Positions 37,010-46,430 of a stretch of DNA of 50,833 bases are shown here, in pieces (position 1 is the first letter of the stretch; every line of letters begins with the position of its first letter). Under the pieces are notes generated by a model, which saw only the letters and a program-made list of their open reading frames with translations, had not been told where the DNA came from and made no database searches. Source of the DNA: a virus. Its lineage: Duplodnaviria > Caudoviricetes. The position numbers were made by a program, and so were the translations under genes. The DNA is taken from positions 1 through 50,833 of the IMG/VR virus record IMGVR_UViG_3300024264_000051. The stretch is one strand, 5' to 3'.

Positions 37010-38357
37010 GAGATGAATAAATCTTACGAGCCCAAGCTACAGGGTACTTGTAGCCTCGACTTTTACCAAGCGCAGTCAGCTCATCAAGCGTTCTTGCCTT
37101 ACCTTGATCGATTCTTTTCTGCTTCTTCTGCGTCTTTTCAACTTCTAACTCTTGCAATGTGCCAGCAACTGTCTTCAGCTCTCTTCGCTCGACAACAAAC
37201 CTATGTCCACATTCTTCGCACTCGCTTGCCTGTGAGCTCATTGCAGCAAAGCACTTAGGGCAAACCTTTACAGAGGTACATTTCTCCCGCTTGGCTTTCT
37301 GCTCGCCGTCAAGTGTCCATTCTCGATGCTCAAGATGGTGGCCAAGCCTAAGAGTGTTGCCTACATGATCCAAAATCACAGCACGATCTTTCCCTGGGGA
37401 AACTCGCAAACATCTGCCGATCATTTGAAGGTGAAGCCCGACACTGGACGTAGGTCTGAGCAGTATGCAGCCTCCGACGCTGGGAACGTCAACGCCTTCG
37501 CCAATCAATGCACAGCTAGTTAGAACCTTGATCTCGCCGCGCCCCAAGGATGCAAGAAGGCTCCGGCGACGATTCACATCCATCTTCCCGTCAATGCTTG
37601 CAGCAGTAACTCCATTGGCTTGGAACAATCCAGCGACAGCCTGAGAGTGAGCAACACTACAGCAAAACGCAATAGCTGTCTGGCCATTTAGATGCTGGCG
37701 GTAATGCGTCAGGCAGTCACCCATGGCCTGCCCCTCCTGCAGCAATCCCTCGGCTTGCTTCATATCGAAATCACCCATTCTTTTCTTTAGCCCACTTGTC
37801 TGGATACCGGGAGGGGCGAGCACCTTGGCTTGAGACAGGAAGCCATTTTTAGTAAGCCACTGAGCACTCGGGCCAACGACCATTGATTCGTAGTGTTCAC
37901 CTAGTCCGCGACCGTCAAGCCTGATTGGAGTCGCGGTAACGCCGATAAGCCTTGCGCTGTCAAAATGCTCGACGACTTTTGCCCAAGTCCCAGCAGTGGT
38001 GTGATGAGCTTCGTCTACGATCAAAAGCTGGAAAAAATCCTTGGGTAACTGGTGCAATCTGCGAGCCAGCGTTTGAACGCTCGCAATCTGCACTGAATGA
38101 CTAAGGTCCATACTTCGACCGGCGGCGATTAGCCCATGACGGACTGGCATTGAACGGCTGGCCTGATCAAGCAACTCTGCGCGGTGTACAAGAACGCAAA
38201 CTCGATTCCCTTTCTTAGAAGCAGATTCGGCTATATGGCTAAAGCAAACTGTCTTCCCTCCGCCAGTAGGTAAGACAATTAAAACTTTTTTCCGCCCAAG
38301 CTGAAGCTGAAATCTAGTGTCATCGATAAGTTGCTGCTGATAAGGTCGTAATTTCAT
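36996..38357 (-). CDS. SF2 DEAH helicase with C-terminal Zn finger
   Basis: LRPYQ, LPTGGGKT, DEAH, TATP, EGVDVP, QMIGR, CPKC/CEECG. Confidence 0.95.
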   Translation of the reverse strand: MKLRPYQQQLIDDTRFQLQLGRKKVLIVLPTGGGKTVCFSHIAESASKKGNRVCVLVHRAELLDQASRSMPVRHGLIAAGRSMDLSHSVQIASVQTLARRLHQLPKDFFQLLIVDEAHHTTAGTWAKVVEHFDSARLIGVTATPIRLDGRGLGEHYESMVVGPSAQWLTKNGFLSQAKVLAPPGIQTSGLKKRMGDFDMKQAEGLLQEGQAMGDCLTHYRQHLNGQTAIAFCCSVAHSQAVAGLFQANGVTAASIDGKMDVNRRRSLLASLGRGEIKVLTSCALIGEGVDVPSVGGCILLRPTSSVGLHLQMIGRCLRVSPGKDRAVILDHVGNTLRLGHHLEHREWTLDGEQKAKREKCTSVKVCPKCFAAMSSQASECEECGHRFVVERRELKTVAGTLQELEVEKTQKKQKRIDQGKARTLDELTALGKSRGYKYPVAWARKIYSSRGSK

Positions 38358-38360
38358 AGA

Positions 38361-39845
38361 TCAAACAAGAGCGTAAACAGCATTGCTAGCTCTAGTCAGA
38401 GCTACATAAAGAAGAGAGTTTCTAAAATCAGACCTGCAATGCTCAATGTCACGATGCAAGAAAACCTTCTCAAACGTACTGCCTTGAGAGTTGTGAACTG
38501 TCATCACGGAGTCAGAGTAAATGGCAGGCAGGCATTCTTTCATCTGCTGAATTTGAGTCCAAAGTTCGTGATCTTTGTCGATATGACCGTCTTTTTCTAA
38601 TCTACTTATCTTGCCTCTGAGGCTACTGACTTGCTCCCTGAACTTGGGCTCTGCAGCAAAGGTTGGACAAACTAAATGATGACGATAGCCTTGATCAGTC
38701 ATAACAACAAGACGCTGAACATCGCAATAAATGTGCTCTTCAAAAGTCCTTTCTATCTTTAGTTTTGGAGTCACATAATCAAAAGGTCCAAGCACAAACA
38801 AAAGATCTGTTTCTATCTCGCAGCTCTCAACAGTGGCAGAAGTGCAAGAGTGAATCACACTGTTTGAATTAGATATATGGCTAGGCCCAGGGTTTATCGT
38901 CCTTGTGTACTTTGGGAATATAATTCTTTCGCCTTGAATCCAGCTAAAGGCCGCTTCTTTACCGTAAATCTTACGTCTTACAAACTTAGTCAAGTCTTTA
39001 CAGCTGCTATTCATAAAACACAAAACTTTCGCGTTGGCTGGATTCTTGCGTATCGCCTCAAGTAAGTTCTTTTTCCATTCAAGTTCATCTTGGCAAGTTT
39101 TGATACTAGATCCGCCGCTAATGCCATCCGATCCCGCTAAAGTGTTGTCGCCTTTAAAGTTGTTTCTTATACTTGTAGCAATTTCAAATATCTTGCCGTC
39201 ATGCCTTAGAACCTCTGTAAGACGCAAATTGAACTCATTGTTTGTAAACTGATCGCACATATGCGGGGAATATTCCAATTCTCCTAAATAAGTCTCTCCG
39301 TCATCTGCTTTCTTCTTTTTACTAATCGGCGGCAGCTGATAAGGGTCGCCTGTATAGATAACAATAATTTCTTGACCTCGAATTTCGCTGGCGTGTTGGC
39401 AAACTTGGTCAATAAAGTCAGCGTACTTTGGGCTAACCATAGAAGACTCATCAACAACTACAACCTTTAACGATGGATTCAATTTCCCGGCTTTTCTTTG
39501 AATATCATCAACATCAGGATCGCTGAACTTCTCCTCATCTCTGACTCTTTTGCTCGACGAGCCTACAAAGCTATGAATAGTGGTCACTCCGCCAGGACGC
39601 TGCATCCGCCTGGAAAGCTTCACTCTAATTTCTCTTGCTGCCTTATGGGTTGGAGCGATAAAAACTACAGCTTCTTCCCCCCACAAGTTCATGATTTCCT
39701 CTGACAGGAACGACAGAGTAAACGTCTTTCCAGAGCCCGCTGGCCCCATTAGAGACATCGATTTGGCGGAGCCGTCAGCAATTACTGAGATAATTTCCTG
39801 AACGATACGGTACTGGTCCGGGGTGGGTTTTAGCTTTTTTGTCAT
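38361..39845 (-). CDS. SF1B helicase (Dda/RecD-like)
   Basis: GPAGSGKT, APTHKAA, VDESSM, GDPYQLPP, TVHNSQGSTF, YVALTRA. Confidence 0.92.
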   Translation of the reverse strand: MTKKLKPTPDQYRIVQEIISVIADGSAKSMSLMGPAGSGKTFTLSFLSEEIMNLWGEEAVVFIAPTHKAAREIRVKLSRRMQRPGGVTTIHSFVGSSSKRVRDEEKFSDPDVDDIQRKAGKLNPSLKVVVVDESSMVSPKYADFIDQVCQHASEIRGQEIIVIYTGDPYQLPPISKKKKADDGETYLGELEYSPHMCDQFTNNEFNLRLTEVLRHDGKIFEIATSIRNNFKGDNTLAGSDGISGGSSIKTCQDELEWKKNLLEAIRKNPANAKVLCFMNSSCKDLTKFVRRKIYGKEAAFSWIQGERIIFPKYTRTINPGPSHISNSNSVIHSCTSATVESCEIETDLLFVLGPFDYVTPKLKIERTFEEHIYCDVQRLVVMTDQGYRHHLVCPTFAAEPKFREQVSSLRGKISRLEKDGHIDKDHELWTQIQQMKECLPAIYSDSVMTVHNSQGSTFEKVFLHRDIEHCRSDFRNSLLYVALTRASNAVYALV

Positions 39846-39875
39846 CGCTGGACATTCATGCCAGCACAGACTACC

Positions 39876-40046
39876 ATGCAAAAGCCATGCGTCAACCTAG
39901 TGAAACCCAAGCGCAGGACTATAACCGTTGACATGCCTCAATGGATGATCGAGCAGCTTGACGAGTCAGCTCTTGCAAAAACAATGTCAAGATCTGCATT
40001 CCTTAGGCAGCTCATCATCGAAAATACAAAAACTCAAAAGCCCTGA
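39876..40046 (+). CDS. Ribbon-helix-helix (CopG-like) regulator
   Basis: 'RTITVDMP...LD......MSRSAFLRQLI'. Confidence 0.75.
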   Translation: MQKPCVNLVKPKRRTITVDMPQWMIEQLDESALAKTMSRSAFLRQLIIENTKTQKP

Positions 40047-40047
40047 A

Positions 40048-42555
40048 ATGCAAAAAATCAACGACATCGCCCGTGGTCATTGGCCATTCATCTTGTCTCG
40101 TCTTGCTGGACTCTCGAAATCCGAGCTTTCTGACAAGCATGGTCCCTGTCCGCTTTGCGGTGGAAAGGACCGTTATCGATTCGACGACGAGGACGAACGA
40201 GGCACATGGTTCTGCAATCAATGTGGAGGCAAGGAGCAGCAAGGCGGAGGAGGAACCGGGATGGACCTTCTACTTAGGAAGAACAACTGGACGTTCAAGT
40301 ACGCAGTCACTCAGATCAAGTCCGTTCTTGGCGTCGCAGAATCCAGCGGCATCCCAGCCCCTCCGACCAGAGGCGCGGAGTCTGTCTACAAGTACAGCGA
40401 AAATTTTTATGTATGCCGCTTCCCTGGCAAAAAAATTCGACCTCTTTATTTCGACGGATCCTCCTGGAAAAACAACTCTCATCCAGTTCCAAGGCCAATA
40501 TTTAATCGCAGGCAACTTGAACTGCTCCCGTCCAACCCCGTTTTGATAACTGAAGGAGAGAAAACAGCTGTAGCTGCTGAAAGGCTACTGCCCTCGTATG
40601 TCTCAATAACTTGGTCTTCAGGTTGCAACTCAATAAACAAGAACGATTGGTCGCCAATAAAAGGCAAATCAATCACTTTATGGCCTGATGCAGACGATGC
40701 CGGTCGTCAAGCAATGGCAAAACTTGCTCCAATTCTTTTGAAGAATGGAGCTAAGGAAGTTTTTATTGTAACGCCACCCCAAAACGCACCCAAGGGCTGG
40801 GATTTAGCTGATGCACTTTGGTCGTCAGAGGAGGCGCTTGACTATCTTCAGAAGAATTTAAGCGATCCGATAACCGCCCCAGAAAAACCAGAGCCCCAGT
40901 TGCTGGATGAAATTTCGTCTCCAGAATCGCTGCCTGATGTTGATGAATATTTTGCCTGTTTAGGATTTAAAGAAGGAAGCTACTTTTATCAGCCATTTGC
41001 CACTGGTGAAGTTATGGCATTAACTAGAAGCCAACATACCGGGACTCATCTTTGCGCAATAGCACCGCTTGCTTATTGGGAAAATCTTTATCCAAGCAGG
41101 GCTGGAGTCAATTGGGTTTCGGCTGCTTCGTCTTTATACAGGCGTCATGAAAAGAAGGGTGATTTTAATCCCTCAAAACTAAGAGGCAGAGGCGCATGGT
41201 GGGACAACAATCGTTCAGTTCTTCATCTTGGCAATCGCATAGTTGTTAATGGAGAAACAAGATCCAGCAATAGACAGATCGAAGATTCTAGTTTTTATTA
41301 TCAACGCTTAGCACCCAAGAAAGGGCCGAACTTAAATAATCCATTGTCGAAGGAAGAATGCGCACTGATTCTTGAAATCGCGAACTCTTTCCTGTGGGAT
41401 AAAAAGGGATCAGGCACGATCTTGGCCGGGTGGATAGCTCTAGCTCCTTTTTGCGGAATCCTTAATTGGCGTCCACATATCTGGCTCACAGCAGGCTCAG
41501 GCTCGGGGAAAAGCACAGTTTTGGAGGAATTCGTAAACCCTTTACTTGCTGACATGAGAGAGTTTGTTCAGGGCAACACCTCTGAAGCAGGAATCCGCCA
41601 GCGGCTGAAATGTGACGCCTTCCCGGTGCTATTTGACGAATCGGAGGCTAACGAAAAGTCTGATCAGATTCGCATTCAGCAAATACTAAGCCTTGCCCGT
41701 GTTTCTTCATTTGAAACTGACGCAACCATCGTAAAAGGCTCCGCAGATGGATCAATGCAAGATTTCAAGATCAGATCCATGTTTTTCTTTTGCTCCATAT
41801 CTCCGTCTCTTAAGCAAAACGCAGACAGGTCAAGATTTGCACTGTTGACTTTGAAAAAGAAAGAAGATGTTCTATTTAGCAAGGAAGAACGAGATAAGCA
41901 CTGGGTTCGCTTGAAATCAAAGTTGCAAGCAATCTCCCCTGAGCTAGGCATGAGACTTCAAGGCAGAGTCTTTAGTCTCATCCCGGTATTAAAGGAATCC
42001 ATAAGTGTGTTTTGCCAAGTCACTTCAAAATATTTAGATGGCAATAGACGTAGCGGTGATCAATACGGCACACTCCTTGCTGGTGCTTGGATTCTTGGCA
42101 ATGACCGCCCTCCAACGCCTGACGAGGCGTTGACGATTGTCAAGCAAGCACAAGTGGAGAAATTCTGCACTGAAAGCGAAAGAACTGATGAGCGTGGATG
42201 TCTGGATCGAATCATGCAGTATCAAATTCGGGTCGAAGGAGAAGGAACAGTTCTTACTAGGACCATCGGGGAACTCACTCAGCTTGCTGCAGGTAGGGCT
42301 ATTGAGCGACTTGTTCTCCAGTCCACAGCGGAGAACACTCTTGGTCGTAACGGGATCAAGGTCAAGGGCGACCTTGTGCTCTTTGCTAATTCCTCAAACT
42401 CGATCTCCTCGATTCTTAGGGATACGCCTTGGGCCAATTGCTGGTCGAGCCAGCTGTCGAGACTTCCTGGAGCATCCAAGACATCGAACTCTGAAAGTTT
42501 CAAGGGTTTTGCGTCAAATTCCAGGGCTGTTTGCGTTCCACTTCACTCGTTTTGA
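40048..42555 (+). CDS. Primase-helicase (Zn ribbon + Toprim + P-loop helicase; P4 alpha-like architecture)
   Basis: HGPCPLCGGKDRYRF...WFCNQC, 'ITEGEK', 'WPDADDAG', 'GWDLAD', 'AGSGSGKS', 'LFDESE'. Confidence 0.9.
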   Translation: MQKINDIARGHWPFILSRLAGLSKSELSDKHGPCPLCGGKDRYRFDDEDERGTWFCNQCGGKEQQGGGGTGMDLLLRKNNWTFKYAVTQIKSVLGVAESSGIPAPPTRGAESVYKYSENFYVCRFPGKKIRPLYFDGSSWKNNSHPVPRPIFNRRQLELLPSNPVLITEGEKTAVAAERLLPSYVSITWSSGCNSINKNDWSPIKGKSITLWPDADDAGRQAMAKLAPILLKNGAKEVFIVTPPQNAPKGWDLADALWSSEEALDYLQKNLSDPITAPEKPEPQLLDEISSPESLPDVDEYFACLGFKEGSYFYQPFATGEVMALTRSQHTGTHLCAIAPLAYWENLYPSRAGVNWVSAASSLYRRHEKKGDFNPSKLRGRGAWWDNNRSVLHLGNRIVVNGETRSSNRQIEDSSFYYQRLAPKKGPNLNNPLSKEECALILEIANSFLWDKKGSGTILAGWIALAPFCGILNWRPHIWLTAGSGSGKSTVLEEFVNPLLADMREFVQGNTSEAGIRQRLKCDAFPVLFDESEANEKSDQIRIQQILSLARVSSFETDATIVKGSADGSMQDFKIRSMFFFCSISPSLKQNADRSRFALLTLKKKEDVLFSKEERDKHWVRLKSKLQAISPELGMRLQGRVFSLIPVLKESISVFCQVTSKYLDGNRRSGDQYGTLLAGAWILGNDRPPTPDEALTIVKQAQVEKFCTESERTDERGCLDRIMQYQIRVEGEGTVLTRTIGELTQLAAGRAIERLVLQSTAENTLGRNGIKVKGDLVLFANSSNSISSILRDTPWANCWSSQLSRLPGASKTSNSESFKGFASNSRAVCVPLHSF

Positions 42556-42558
42556 TAA

Positions 42559-42858
42559 AACCGTGAGAAATCGCGAGAAATCGTGACCCGTCAAAACCCA
42601 GTGATAGCAGCAGGTTTGGGCGATTTCTCACGGAATCACGGAATCACGGTGAAAAAGGACACCCCCCTATAGACAACATGAATAGAAAAGTCAAAGCCCC
42701 CTATATATATATATCTATATTTATATATATAGTGAGTAAGGGGTGAGAAACACTGCGCCGCAAGGGTTTTGGTCCTCACGGTTGACCGTGAGAAACCGTG
42801 AGAAACGTGAGAAAGTGAGCAGATCCATTGCGCTGGAGCGGTTTTGGGCGTGAGAAGT
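42559..42858. other. Putative replication origin (iterons flanking an AT-rich core)
   Basis: Many (C)GTGAGAAA / TCACGG repeats in both orientations around a TATATA core (about 42702-42732), directly after the primase-helicase. Confidence 0.75.
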
Positions 42859-42891
42859 GTCCTCTTGCGGCCTTTTAGCTACCCTTATCCC

Positions 42892-43650
42892 ATGCCAATT
42901 ACCTTCGACGCTGAGGAGATAACCGGCAAGCTGGATGCCATCAGGCTCACCCAGCTTCCATTTGCTGCCTCAAGAGCAGCTAACCAGCTCGGCTGGGAGC
43001 TGAAGAACAACGCTTGGCCTGCTTTTGCTAGGAGAGCTTTCAATCTGCGCGAAGGTACCCCTGTGCCGTTTACGACTGGCGGGGGAGGCGTTGTTGGTGG
43101 ACTTCTTTACAAGCACAACACTGGCGAGGCTGCAGTCAAGATCAGCCTTGACCGCCCTGCGCCGAAGGGCCAGGATCCTGCTCGCTATTTGTCCCCTGGC
43201 GAGACTGGCGGACAGATTTATAAAACTCGCTTTTCACGAGCATTGAGCTTCAAGGGGATAATGCCATCACAGTTCCAATACGCAGCGCCCCTGGTACTTA
43301 GCAGTGGTTTTGAAGGACAGGTAAATAACAAGCGAATCAATGCTGGCTATTACAAAACTGTTTTGACAAGACTCGAAGGAGATTCAGCGAAAGGCAGCAA
43401 AGGAAGCAAGTTCGCTGGCTACAGGTTTTTCTCCGTACCTGATGCGCGTAAGCCGAGCAGGGCTGGTCAACACCTAAAACCAGGCATTTACAGAGCAAAA
43501 GGCCGTGGCGAGCTGCAGCAGTTATTCAGCTACCTCGATCAGATGCCTTCGGTTCCCTCGTTATGGAGCTTTGAGGAGTTTGCAGAACGTGAATCACTGC
43601 CCATACTGGAGCGCATACTTCCGCAGTTCATCGAGGAGGCTTTGAAGTGA
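42892..43650 (+). CDS. Putative neck/tail-completion (gpZ-like) protein, displaced
   Basis: 'QLPFAASRAANQ...P.PFT' N-terminus and 'PGIY' resemble neck proteins. Confidence 0.5.
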   Translation: MPITFDAEEITGKLDAIRLTQLPFAASRAANQLGWELKNNAWPAFARRAFNLREGTPVPFTTGGGGVVGGLLYKHNTGEAAVKISLDRPAPKGQDPARYLSPGETGGQIYKTRFSRALSFKGIMPSQFQYAAPLVLSSGFEGQVNNKRINAGYYKTVLTRLEGDSAKGSKGSKFAGYRFFSVPDARKPSRAGQHLKPGIYRAKGRGELQQLFSYLDQMPSVPSLWSFEEFAERESLPILERILPQFIEEALK

Positions 43651-43829
43651 TTGATCCGTGCCAGCAGAGCGAGTTTTTTATGGAGCGGCTCAGGAGGCAG
43701 TCACAGGGGATGAGCCGGGAAGAATTGCTGGTCGTGGTCGATACGTTGAGCCGTTTGTATTGCACCACAAAGGCTGGAGCCAACTGGCTGGCGAAGGAAG
43801 CTGCGAGGAATTTGTCGTCAGGTTGTTGA
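43647..43829 (+). CDS. Small helical protein, possible NblA-like
   Basis: 'QQSEFFMERLRRQSQGMSREEL...L.RL' resembles the NblA 'F....QV..MSREQ' helix-turn-helix. Confidence 0.45.
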   Translation: MIDPCQQSEFFMERLRRQSQGMSREELLVVVDTLSRLYCTTKAGANWLAKEAARNLSSGC

Positions 43830-43853
43830 CACAGTGCGTTTTAGGGTTATATT
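43826..43853 (+). promoter_or_regulatory. Sigma70-like promoter
   Basis: TTGACA-16 bp-TATATT upstream of the ligase-like gene. Confidence 0.6.
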
Positions 43854-43880
43854 GCCGTTGCAAACAAAAATGCGTTTACC

Positions 43881-44630
43881 ATGCCATCCATTGCTTCGCT
43901 AAGAAAACAGTTCAAACAAGCCGATGACGCTTACAGGTCCGGTAACGCACTCATGAGTGACCAAGACTTTGACCAACTTGCCGCTGATCTCAGAGCGGTT
44001 GCGCCATTTGCTCCTGAGCTGATGCTGCCCGGAGGCGGATCGGCACTTTTGAGCTTAAATAATGGCGATAGGGAGGAGCTAGGCCACTGGATCTCCATGA
44101 GCGGCGCTCACGAGCCTCTGTGCGTGTCGGAAAAGGTTGATGGGTGTGCAATTGCCATCCGCTACGTTTTAGGCCGCTTAGAAGCTGCCTGGACGCGATC
44201 TGGTGCTGACGCCACTGCTTTAGTTGCTCGTGTTGCTCCAAAAAAACTCTCGCAGCCTCTTTCTGTTGAAGTTCGCGGCGAGTTGTACGACTCGGTGACT
44301 GGCAAGCAAAGCGTTCCTGCTCAAGCTCTTCGCAAGCCAAATCACACTGGCGACGGACTGGGTTTTATCGCCTATACGCTTGTGGATGCTGATGGAGATG
44401 AGTTCTTGACGCTTGAGCGTTTAGCTGCTCTTGGACTCGACACTGTGTCAGCCGTTTGTTGCACTACCGTCGCTGACGTGATCGTTTGTCATCGCCAGTG
44501 GAAAGCTGGTTGTTTCGGTCGGTCGGAGCTGCCCACCGATGGCATCGTTATCAGGATTGCGGACCACGCCGTACAGCAAGCGTTGGGCTGTAACAGCAAG
44601 GCTCCCAACTATGCTTTCGCTATGAAGTGA
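43881..44630 (+). CDS. Stand-alone NAD+-dependent DNA ligase adenylation domain
   Basis: Subdomain Ia 'AY......MSDQDFD', KxDG (EKVDG), 'EVRGE', 'TDGIV', and ends at motif V 'AFAMK'. Confidence 0.85.
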   Translation: MPSIASLRKQFKQADDAYRSGNALMSDQDFDQLAADLRAVAPFAPELMLPGGGSALLSLNNGDREELGHWISMSGAHEPLCVSEKVDGCAIAIRYVLGRLEAAWTRSGADATALVARVAPKKLSQPLSVEVRGELYDSVTGKQSVPAQALRKPNHTGDGLGFIAYTLVDADGDEFLTLERLAALGLDTVSAVCCTTVADVIVCHRQWKAGCFGRSELPTDGIVIRIADHAVQQALGCNSKAPNYAFAMK

Positions 44631-44887
44631 TGGGTTCAGTTATGCACTGGTACACCAGATTCTGGGAGCGATTTGCAATCGGTATCCTCGTTAGATCCAG
44701 CAACATCTCGATGCTTGCGTTCAAGGACCGAGGGCTTGATAAGGTGATCATGGCTGGCTCAATTGACGATCCAGTCGCAATGGCTTTCATCGATGCCAAC
44801 ACCCCGGACGATGAGAACTACACAGATCCCGACTCATTGATGTTGGAACGCTTATTTCATGCTCCAGATGGGAGGAAACCAAACTAA
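44627..44887 (+). CDS. Hypothetical protein
   Basis: Coupled to the ligase-like gene. Confidence 0.6.
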   Translation: MMGSVMHWYTRFWERFAIGILVRSSNISMLAFKDRGLDKVIMAGSIDDPVAMAFIDANTPDDENYTDPDSLMLERLFHAPDGRKPN

Positions 44888-44892
44888 AAAAC

Positions 44893-45093
44893 ATGCAAAC
44901 AGTTCACCTCAAAAAATCCAATGACTTCGCAATCTTTATCGAAAACCCCGGAGGAAGCTGGTTTGAAATCTCAGGACAAGGGCGAGTTGCACTCACCCCA
45001 GGCCGATATGTCGAGCGGCTTGAGGCTGAAAAAAAGATTGAAAGACTTCGGTCAATGGGTTACAAGCGACAGCGACTGGCCTGTGATTCGTGA
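44893..45093 (+). CDS. Hypothetical protein
   Basis: 66-aa ORF. Confidence 0.55.
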   Translation: MQTVHLKKSNDFAIFIENPGGSWFEISGQGRVALTPGRYVERLEAEKKIERLRSMGYKRQRLACDS

Positions 45094-45223
45094 GATTGCT
45101 GGCACCATCAGTTGCATGGCTGTAATCTCTTACGTCTCTGGCTACACGGTCGGGACTTGGTTTCACAAAGCTAAAAATGAACTAATCAACAAAGTCAATG
45201 ACACGATTAATTGGACTGTATAG
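45083..45223 (+). CDS. Small membrane protein
   Basis: GTG start, hydrophobic 'IAGTISCMAVISYVSGYTVG'. Confidence 0.45.
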   Translation: MIREIAGTISCMAVISYVSGYTVGTWFHKAKNELINKVNDTINWTV

Positions 45224-45728
45224 CCATGCTCCCGGCTCAGGGAAGAGCACTGTTGCAAACATGCTCTGGAACTACAAAAAATTGTCTTTTGCTGATCCAT
45301 TGCGGAAGTTCTCTGCACAGATCCTTTCGTCTCTCGGGTACAACGGTCTTGCCTGCTTAAGGGACAAGAAGGAAGAAAAGATCGCTGAGCTTGGCGTTTC
45401 GCCTCGCCAGATGATGCAAACGCTTGGGACTGAGTGGGGCCGGTCTTGCATCCATCCTGATCTTTGGATCATGGTTGCCGCAGGGACCGTGGAGGAGCAG
45501 CTAAAGCGTGGGCGGAATGTTGTGATCGACGACGTGCGGTTCCCAAATGAGGCGAAGATGATCCGCAAGTTTGGGGGTGAGCTTTGGTTAATAGACCGGC
45601 CCCGTGTCGTTTACGAGGGAGGTCATTCAAGCGAAGGCGCTTTAATAGATGTTTTGCCTGATGAGGTGGTTCATAACAGCGGAAGCCTGGGGCACCTCCG
45701 GGAAGTAGTTACTGGCCTTCTCGAATGA
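45198..45728 (+). CDS. Deoxynucleoside monophosphate kinase
   Basis: 'IGLY..APGSGKST', 'SFADPL', 'PRQMMQTLGTEWGR', 'DDVRFPNE', 'HSSE'. Confidence 0.9.
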   Translation: MTRLIGLYSHAPGSGKSTVANMLWNYKKLSFADPLRKFSAQILSSLGYNGLACLRDKKEEKIAELGVSPRQMMQTLGTEWGRSCIHPDLWIMVAAGTVEEQLKRGRNVVIDDVRFPNEAKMIRKFGGELWLIDRPRVVYEGGHSSEGALIDVLPDEVVHNSGSLGHLREVVTGLLE

Positions 45729-45829
45729 CACTCACTATTAATTTCCTCGTATCTGGTTTTTGCTTATGGCTCGCCTTGGTCGCATTATTCCTTTTCTAAT
45801 TGTCACTCTTTTTGTTTCTATTGCTTTAC

Positions 45830-46045
45830 ATGAACATGCCCTTATTTTTCCTGCTGGCACTGGTGACGGTGCCGCCTATCCAGCGAGTCGGTGAGACTTG
45901 CCCGCTGGGGTACTACCCAAGCGGTGGTTATTGCGTTGTTTCTCCTGGAGCTGTTGAGGTTCGGGATACGCTGCCAAACCCGGCTCTTGATGCCTGCCCT
46001 GTTGGCTGGTATCGGGCCAAGGGATATTGCCTGAGGACTCGCTAG
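45830..46045 (+). CDS. Small Cys-rich exported/membrane protein
   Basis: Signal-like N-terminus and two CP.G[YW]Y...GYC repeats. Confidence 0.6.
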   Translation: MNMPLFFLLALVTVPPIQRVGETCPLGYYPSGGYCVVSPGAVEVRDTLPNPALDACPVGWYRAKGYCLRTR

Positions 46046-46054
46046 ATTCAAGCC

Positions 46055-46222
46055 ATGACAGGATTCAAATCAAAAGTTGCTGCAGCAGCGCATGAGCAGT
46101 ACATGCGGAGTGTTTACCTCGATGTTTTGTATGAGCTAGACAAGCGCGACGACCCTGACCATGAGTTCAGGGGTTGCTACACGGGTTTATGGGAAATGTA
46201 CGGAGAGAAGCATGAGCGTTGA
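46055..46222 (+). CDS. 55-aa hypothetical protein (not in track)
   Basis: MTGFKSK...LYELDKRDDPDHEFRGCYTGLW... Confidence 0.55.
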   Translation: MTGFKSKVAAAAHEQYMRSVYLDVLYELDKRDDPDHEFRGCYTGLWEMYGEKHER

Positions 46223-46430
46223 GATCGCCAACACCTCTGATGGTCTCGGCTTGAACGTTCGTGTTTGTGAGGATGGAATTTGCAAAACCGGGTTCACGTC
46301 ATCGATCCACCTCGTCGAAAAGAAAGCCAACGAACTTAGGGCTGCTATCCGAAAGCAAGCGGCTGAGGCATTCAAAGAGATCAGCCAACTCGAAGCTGAT
46401 GTGATGACCCACGACGATCTGCTCACATGA
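46212..46430 (+). CDS. Hypothetical protein
   Basis: Coupled to the MTase (ATGA overlap). Confidence 0.55.
   Translation: MSVEIANTSDGLGLNVRVCEDGICKTGFTSSIHLVEKKANELRAAIRKQAAEAFKEISQLEADVMTHDDLLT

Noticed and set aside
40073-40546. 157-aa alternative-frame ORF in the primase gene
   Set aside because: No recognisable motifs or RBS, unlike the nested HNH. Treated as a shadow ORF.
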